From the NCBI GenBank assembly GCA_028695025.1, contig JAQVJV010000003.1:637-64636 (forward strand): a stretch of 64,000 nt of DNA, written 5' to 3'. How positions within the stretch are numbered: position 1 is the first letter of the stretch; every line of letters begins with the position of its first letter. Source of the DNA: Candidatus Moraniibacteriota bacterium (GTDB taxonomy: Bacteria > Patescibacteriota > Minisyncoccia > Moranbacterales > UBA11712). Below the pieces are notes generated by a model. That model did no database searches. It had not been told where the DNA came from and saw nothing but the letters and a program-made list of their open reading frames with translations. Shown here piece by piece: positions 59,806 through 64,000 of the stretch. Position numbers and translations under genes: made by a program.

Positions 59806-62800
59806 ATGGAAAATCCGGAAAACAACCGAAAACCCGAATATACCACAACTGATTCGGCCTACCTCGACCGGCTTGAATTCAAGCCGGAATTGCGCAAAAC
59901 TTGGCTCAATTTTTTCGTCACCCGCTGGCGGGTGGTCGCGCTTTTGATTCTGCTTGTTTCGGTTTGGGGGATTTATTCTTTCTTCCAGCTCCCCCGCGAA
60001 TCAAATCCGGAAGTGAAAATTCCGATTGCCGTAATCACCGATGTATATCCCGGCGCATCCCCTTCCGATGTCGAAGAGCTCGTCACTAAAAAAATCGAAA
60101 CGGATATTTCGGGTGTGGCCGGCATAGATAAAATCACTTCAAGTTCAACCAATTCTTTTTCCGCTGTCACGGTAGAATTTGATTCGGACCAAGATATCGA
60201 CAATTCCATCCGCAGCCTGCGCGACAAGTTGAGTTCAATCCGGAATGACATCCCGGAAGACGCCAACGATCCGGAAGTGGTGGAAATATCTTTTGACGAC
60301 ACGCCGATTGTCACTTTCGAACTCGTCGGGCCCTATGACGGTTTCCAGATGCGCCAATATGCCGAAACCATCCAGAATGAGCTGGAGAAAAATCCGGGAA
60401 TCCGCGAAGTGCAAGTTGACGGTGGGGACGAACGCGAATTTGACGTCGCTTATGACCCGCAAAAACTGACTTTTTACGGCATAACCATCGACCAGGCCAA
60501 CCAGGCCATCGCCGCCACCAACAAGGCTGTTCCGGCCGGAAATTTCAAAGGCGCCGAGTTTGATTATTCCGTGCGCTCCGACGCCCGCCTTTTTGACGCG
60601 GCCGCATTCGGAAATATCCCCGTTTCGCACACCGGTTTGGGAGCCATTGTTTTTCTCAAAGACATCGCCGATGTGAAAGAAACCTCCATTGAAAAAACCG
60701 TCCTTTCGAGATTTTCCATCAACGGCAAAACGCCGCAGAACGCCGTCACTATCCAAGTCGTGAAACGTGTCGGCGGAAATATCCTGGAAACAGTTGACGA
60801 ATCCAAGCAAACCATCGACGACTTAACCAAAACCTTCCCGCCGGGAATCGAATACCGGACTACCGTGAACATGGCCGAGGAAATCAACAAGGATTTCGCC
60901 CAACTCCAGCACGATTTTCTTTTGACGCTCTCTCTGGTCATGATCATTTTATTCCTCATTGTAGGGCTCAAGGAAGCACTGGTTGCAGGACTTGCGATCC
61001 CTTTGGTTTTTTTCGTCACCTTCGGAGTGATGAAAGGGACCGGGACAACCCTGAACTTCCTTTCAATTTTTTCCTTGCTTCTTTCTCTCGGCCTTTTGGT
61101 GGATGACGCCATCGTGGTGGTTTCCGCCACCAAGCAATATATGAAAACCGGAAAATACACGCCGGAAGAAGCCGTCCTTCTGGTGCTTAATGATTTCAAA
61201 ATCGTGCTCACCACAACAACGCTTGCCACTGTTTGGGCTTTTCTTCCTCTTCTTCTTTCGACCGGCATCATCGGCGAATTTATCAAATCCATTCCAATCA
61301 CTGTCTCCGTTACGCTCACCGCCTCCCTCCTTATCGCGCTCATGATTAACCATCCGTTGGCAGCGGTGCTCGAGCGCATCCGTTTCACCAAGGGATTCTA
61401 TGCCGTCACCATATTCCTCCTTCTCGCCCTCGGCTCATTCGGCGCTTATCAGCACAATATCATCGGCTATGCCATCGCCATCCTTTCCTTCTTCATCCTC
61501 GCCTGGCTCATTTTTTGGTATTCACAATCCGGAAAAAATATTCTTGTACGCAACCAGGCTTTGATGGAACGCGAAAGCGCCGATGACAGGCTCATCAAAG
61601 AAAAACTTTTGAAACAAGGGAACCGCGAAGAATCCACCCTTGCGGAAAAAATCATCCACGGGATCATCCGGTTCGACGCGGTCTTGCCTGTTTATGAAAA
61701 ATATCTTCGCAAGCTCTTAGTCACCCAAAAAAGGCGCGCCTTTACGCTTGTCGGAACCCTTGCCTTGTTTTTGGCCGCGTTTTCCCTTTTGGCCTTCGGG
61801 GTTGTGAAGACGGAATTTTTTCCACCCCAGGACTCCGAAAATCTCTATGTTTCCATCGAAGGTCCGCCGGGACTCGACTTGGACCAGACCAACCTGATCG
61901 CCGAAAAGGTGGAAGAGCGCTTGCTTAAATATCCGGAAATACTGAATTTTTCTACGCTGGTCGGAAATCCCGGAAGCGACGGCGGAAGTATTTCCGTGAG
62001 CCAGAACACTTCAAACACCGCTTCGATGACCGTCAAGCTGACAGACACTTCGGATCGTTCCATTGCTTCCTATGATATTGCCGCCAAAATACGCGCGGAT
62101 ATTTCCGATATCCAGGGCGCGACCATTTCCGTCACCACTCCGAGCGGCGGACCGCCTTCCGGTTCCGCTTTTCAAGCCCAAATTTCCGGCGACGATTTGC
62201 AAACGCTCGACGAAATCGCCCATGATCTGAAACCGATCCTCGATTCCATACCCGGCGCCGTGAACAGCGACATTTCTTTCAAAAACGCACCAGCTGAATA
62301 CACTTTTCAGCTCGATCCGGCCAAAATGGAGCTTTACGGCCTCACGGCAAACTCGGTCGGATCAACTCTCCGCACTGCCATCTCCGGAACAACTGTAAGT
62401 ACCGTCATCGCCAGAAACAAAACTATCGATGTCGTCGCCAAATTTTCCGAAGAAAAAATCCCCGATCTCGACGCGCTTCAAAATCTTGAGATCATGAACA
62501 GCGCCAGCCAGCCGGTTTTCGTGAAGGACGTGGCCACGGTGAAGCTCATCCCCTCCGTGGACACCATCACCCGCCTCGACCAAAAACGCACGGTATACAT
62601 CACCGCCGACGTTTCGGGCGAAAACAGTTCTACCCAAGTCGTGAAAGAGTTCCAAGATAAATTGGCCGCCGAATACCAGCTCCCCGACGGCTACGCCATT
62701 TCCTACGGCGGGGAAGAAGAACAGAATACCGAATCAGTGGTTTCCATCCTGCGGGCCATGATTATCGCTGCCGTGCTCATCATCGCCACCCTGGTCATCC

Positions 62801-63231
62801 AGTTTGATTCTTTCATCGAAGCCTTTGTCGTTCTCGCGACCCTGCCGCTTGCTCTCATCGGCGTATTCATCGGCATGGCCATCTTCAACGTGAGTTTGAG
62901 TTTTCCGGGACTTATCGGGATCCTCGCGCTTTTCGGCATTGTCGTGAAGAATGCCATCATCCTTATCGACAAGATCAATTTAAACATACGCACTGGAATA
63001 CCCTTTGAGACTTCCGTGATCGACGCCGGGAAATCACGGCTCGAGGCGATCTTCATCACTTCATTTTGCACAATTGCGGGGATCATCCCTATCACCCTTT
63101 CCAACGAACTCTGGCGGGCTCTCGGAAGCGCCATCATTTTCGGCCTTTCCATTTCCTCTTTCTTCACCCTTTTCATCATCCCGACGCTCTATATCTCTTT
63201 CGTAAAAAACAAAAAGAAGCAAAACTTGTAG
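59806..63231 (+). CDS. RND efflux transporter permease (AcrB family)
   Basis: YPGASPSDVE, GLLVDDAIVV, GIVVKNAIILID, SRLEAIFITS. Confidence 0.95.
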   Translation: MENPENNRKPEYTTTDSAYLDRLEFKPELRKTWLNFFVTRWRVVALLILLVSVWGIYSFFQLPRESNPEVKIPIAVITDVYPGASPSDVEELVTKKIETDISGVAGIDKITSSSTNSFSAVTVEFDSDQDIDNSIRSLRDKLSSIRNDIPEDANDPEVVEISFDDTPIVTFELVGPYDGFQMRQYAETIQNELEKNPGIREVQVDGGDEREFDVAYDPQKLTFYGITIDQANQAIAATNKAVPAGNFKGAEFDYSVRSDARLFDAAAFGNIPVSHTGLGAIVFLKDIADVKETSIEKTVLSRFSINGKTPQNAVTIQVVKRVGGNILETVDESKQTIDDLTKTFPPGIEYRTTVNMAEEINKDFAQLQHDFLLTLSLVMIILFLIVGLKEALVAGLAIPLVFFVTFGVMKGTGTTLNFLSIFSLLLSLGLLVDDAIVVVSATKQYMKTGKYTPEEAVLLVLNDFKIVLTTTTLATVWAFLPLLLSTGIIGEFIKSIPITVSVTLTASLLIALMINHPLAAVLERIRFTKGFYAVTIFLLLALGSFGAYQHNIIGYAIAILSFFILAWLIFWYSQSGKNILVRNQALMERESADDRLIKEKLLKQGNREESTLAEKIIHGIIRFDAVLPVYEKYLRKLLVTQKRRAFTLVGTLALFLAAFSLLAFGVVKTEFFPPQDSENLYVSIEGPPGLDLDQTNLIAEKVEERLLKYPEILNFSTLVGNPGSDGGSISVSQNTSNTASMTVKLTDTSDRSIASYDIAAKIRADISDIQGATISVTTPSGGPPSGSAFQAQISGDDLQTLDEIAHDLKPILDSIPGAVNSDISFKNAPAEYTFQLDPAKMELYGLTANSVGSTLRTAISGTTVSTVIARNKTIDVVAKFSEEKIPDLDALQNLEIMNSASQPVFVKDVATVKLIPSVDTITRLDQKRTVYITADVSGENSSTQVVKEFQDKLAAEYQLPDGYAISYGGEEEQNTESVVSILRAMIIAAVLIIATLVIQFDSFIEAFVVLATLPLALIGVFIGMAIFNVSLSFPGLIGILALFGIVVKNAIILIDKINLNIRTGIPFETSVIDAGKSRLEAIFITSFCTIAGIIPITLSNELWRALGSAIIFGLSISSFFTLFIIPTLYISFVKNKKKQNL

Positions 63232-63283
63232 GATCTCGCCCCGAAGATTTGCCAGGAAAAAGATTGCTTGATAAAATTCATCT

Positions 63284-64000
63284 GTGCAAGACATCTATCG
63301 CTATTCCAACCGAAGGTACCGGTTCAATCCTCCTCCCAAAAAACCAAAATCAAAATCCGGTTTTCTGGTTTTTTTTCTTTTTCTCCTTGTCATTTTGATC
63401 ATGGTCCGCTTTTTCACGTATCGGGACAATGATGCACAGCCGGTCGATTCGGTTCAAGCAAGCCCCACCCCCGCCGAAGAAGAAAAACCGAAAATCGAGC
63501 CGTTGAAAGCGCAAGCCGTGGATAATCCGGAATACGAGCCGGTGCGCGACGAAGACATGCCGGATCTCGCCATCCCTACTGCTCACGCTTTTTCCGTCGT
63601 TGATGCCGATACGGGACAAATTCTCGCCGGAAACCACGAAGATGACCAACGGCAAATCGCCTCGCTCACCAAGATGATGACGGCGATACTCGTGATGGAG
63701 AAAATAAAAGACCTCGACAAGCCGATTGACATCGATGAAGAAGCGGTCTATGTCGAGGGAACCCGGATCGGCTGCCCCCGAAGCGGGTATTGCATCACTC
63801 CGCGGCTTAAAGTCGGCGAACAAGTTTCCGCCCGAAATCTCCTGAAAGCAATGCTTATGAACAGCGCAAACGACGCCGCCATTGCCCTCGCGAAAGACAT
63901 TTCCGGATCGCAAGAAAAATTTGCCGGCCTCATGAATGAAAAAGCGGGACAAATGGAACTTGCCAATACTCATTTTTGCACCCCTTCCGGGCTGGAAATA
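63284..64000 (+). CDS. D-alanyl-D-alanine carboxypeptidase (peptidase S11), partial
   Basis: Hand translation from GTG 63284: TM, then IASLTKMMTA (SxxK) and NSANDAA (SxN). Runs off the window end. Confidence 0.92.
   Translation, partial: MQDIYRYSNRRYRFNPPPKKPKSKSGFLVFFLFLLVILIMVRFFTYRDNDAQPVDSVQASPTPAEEEKPKIEPLKAQAVDNPEYEPVRDEDMPDLAIPTAHAFSVVDADTGQILAGNHEDDQRQIASLTKMMTAILVMEKIKDLDKPIDIDEEAVYVEGTRIGCPRSGYCITPRLKVGEQVSARNLLKAMLMNSANDAAIALAKDISGSQEKFAGLMNEKAGQMELANTHFCTPSGLEI

Overview
Bacterial chromosomal segment, almost all on the minus strand. Gene content and style suggest a Patescibacteria/CPR (Parcubacteria-like) organism; this is inference, and standard code 11 applies because TGA ends tatD and tgt. 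Positions 1-2078 hold the start of an F-type ATP synthase operon (atpZ/I-atpB-atpE-atpF). Positions 2195-29447 form a cluster of large surface proteins: two dockerin-tailed secreted proteins, a DUF2341 + six-LamG protein, a membrane-anchored cohesin protein, a beta-helix protein, and a 3382-aa HTH-TM-fibre protein with an S74 autocleaving chaperone. A MacB/FtsX-type ABC system lies just upstream of that cluster. The rest is housekeeping (tatD, metG, rsmI, M16 peptidase, NIF3-like, T-box-controlled glyQS, tgt, recO, ileS, GT4, PAP2, RND pump, D,D-carboxypeptidase) with small orphan genes. Four signals stand out. (1) A cohesin-dockerin display module with a relic third dockerin tail. (2) Compositional mosaicism in the adhesins that switches at conserved motifs, suggesting cassette exchange. 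(3) Several families of short palindromic or heptamer elements found both between genes and inserted in frame into tatD, rsmI, tgt, ileS and the LamG gene, and inside a T-box antiterminator. (4) A membrane-tethered HTH fused to a phage-tail-like fibre. No rRNA, tRNA, CRISPR, transposase or reverse transcriptase was recognised. All domain calls come from motif recognition by eye, not database searches.
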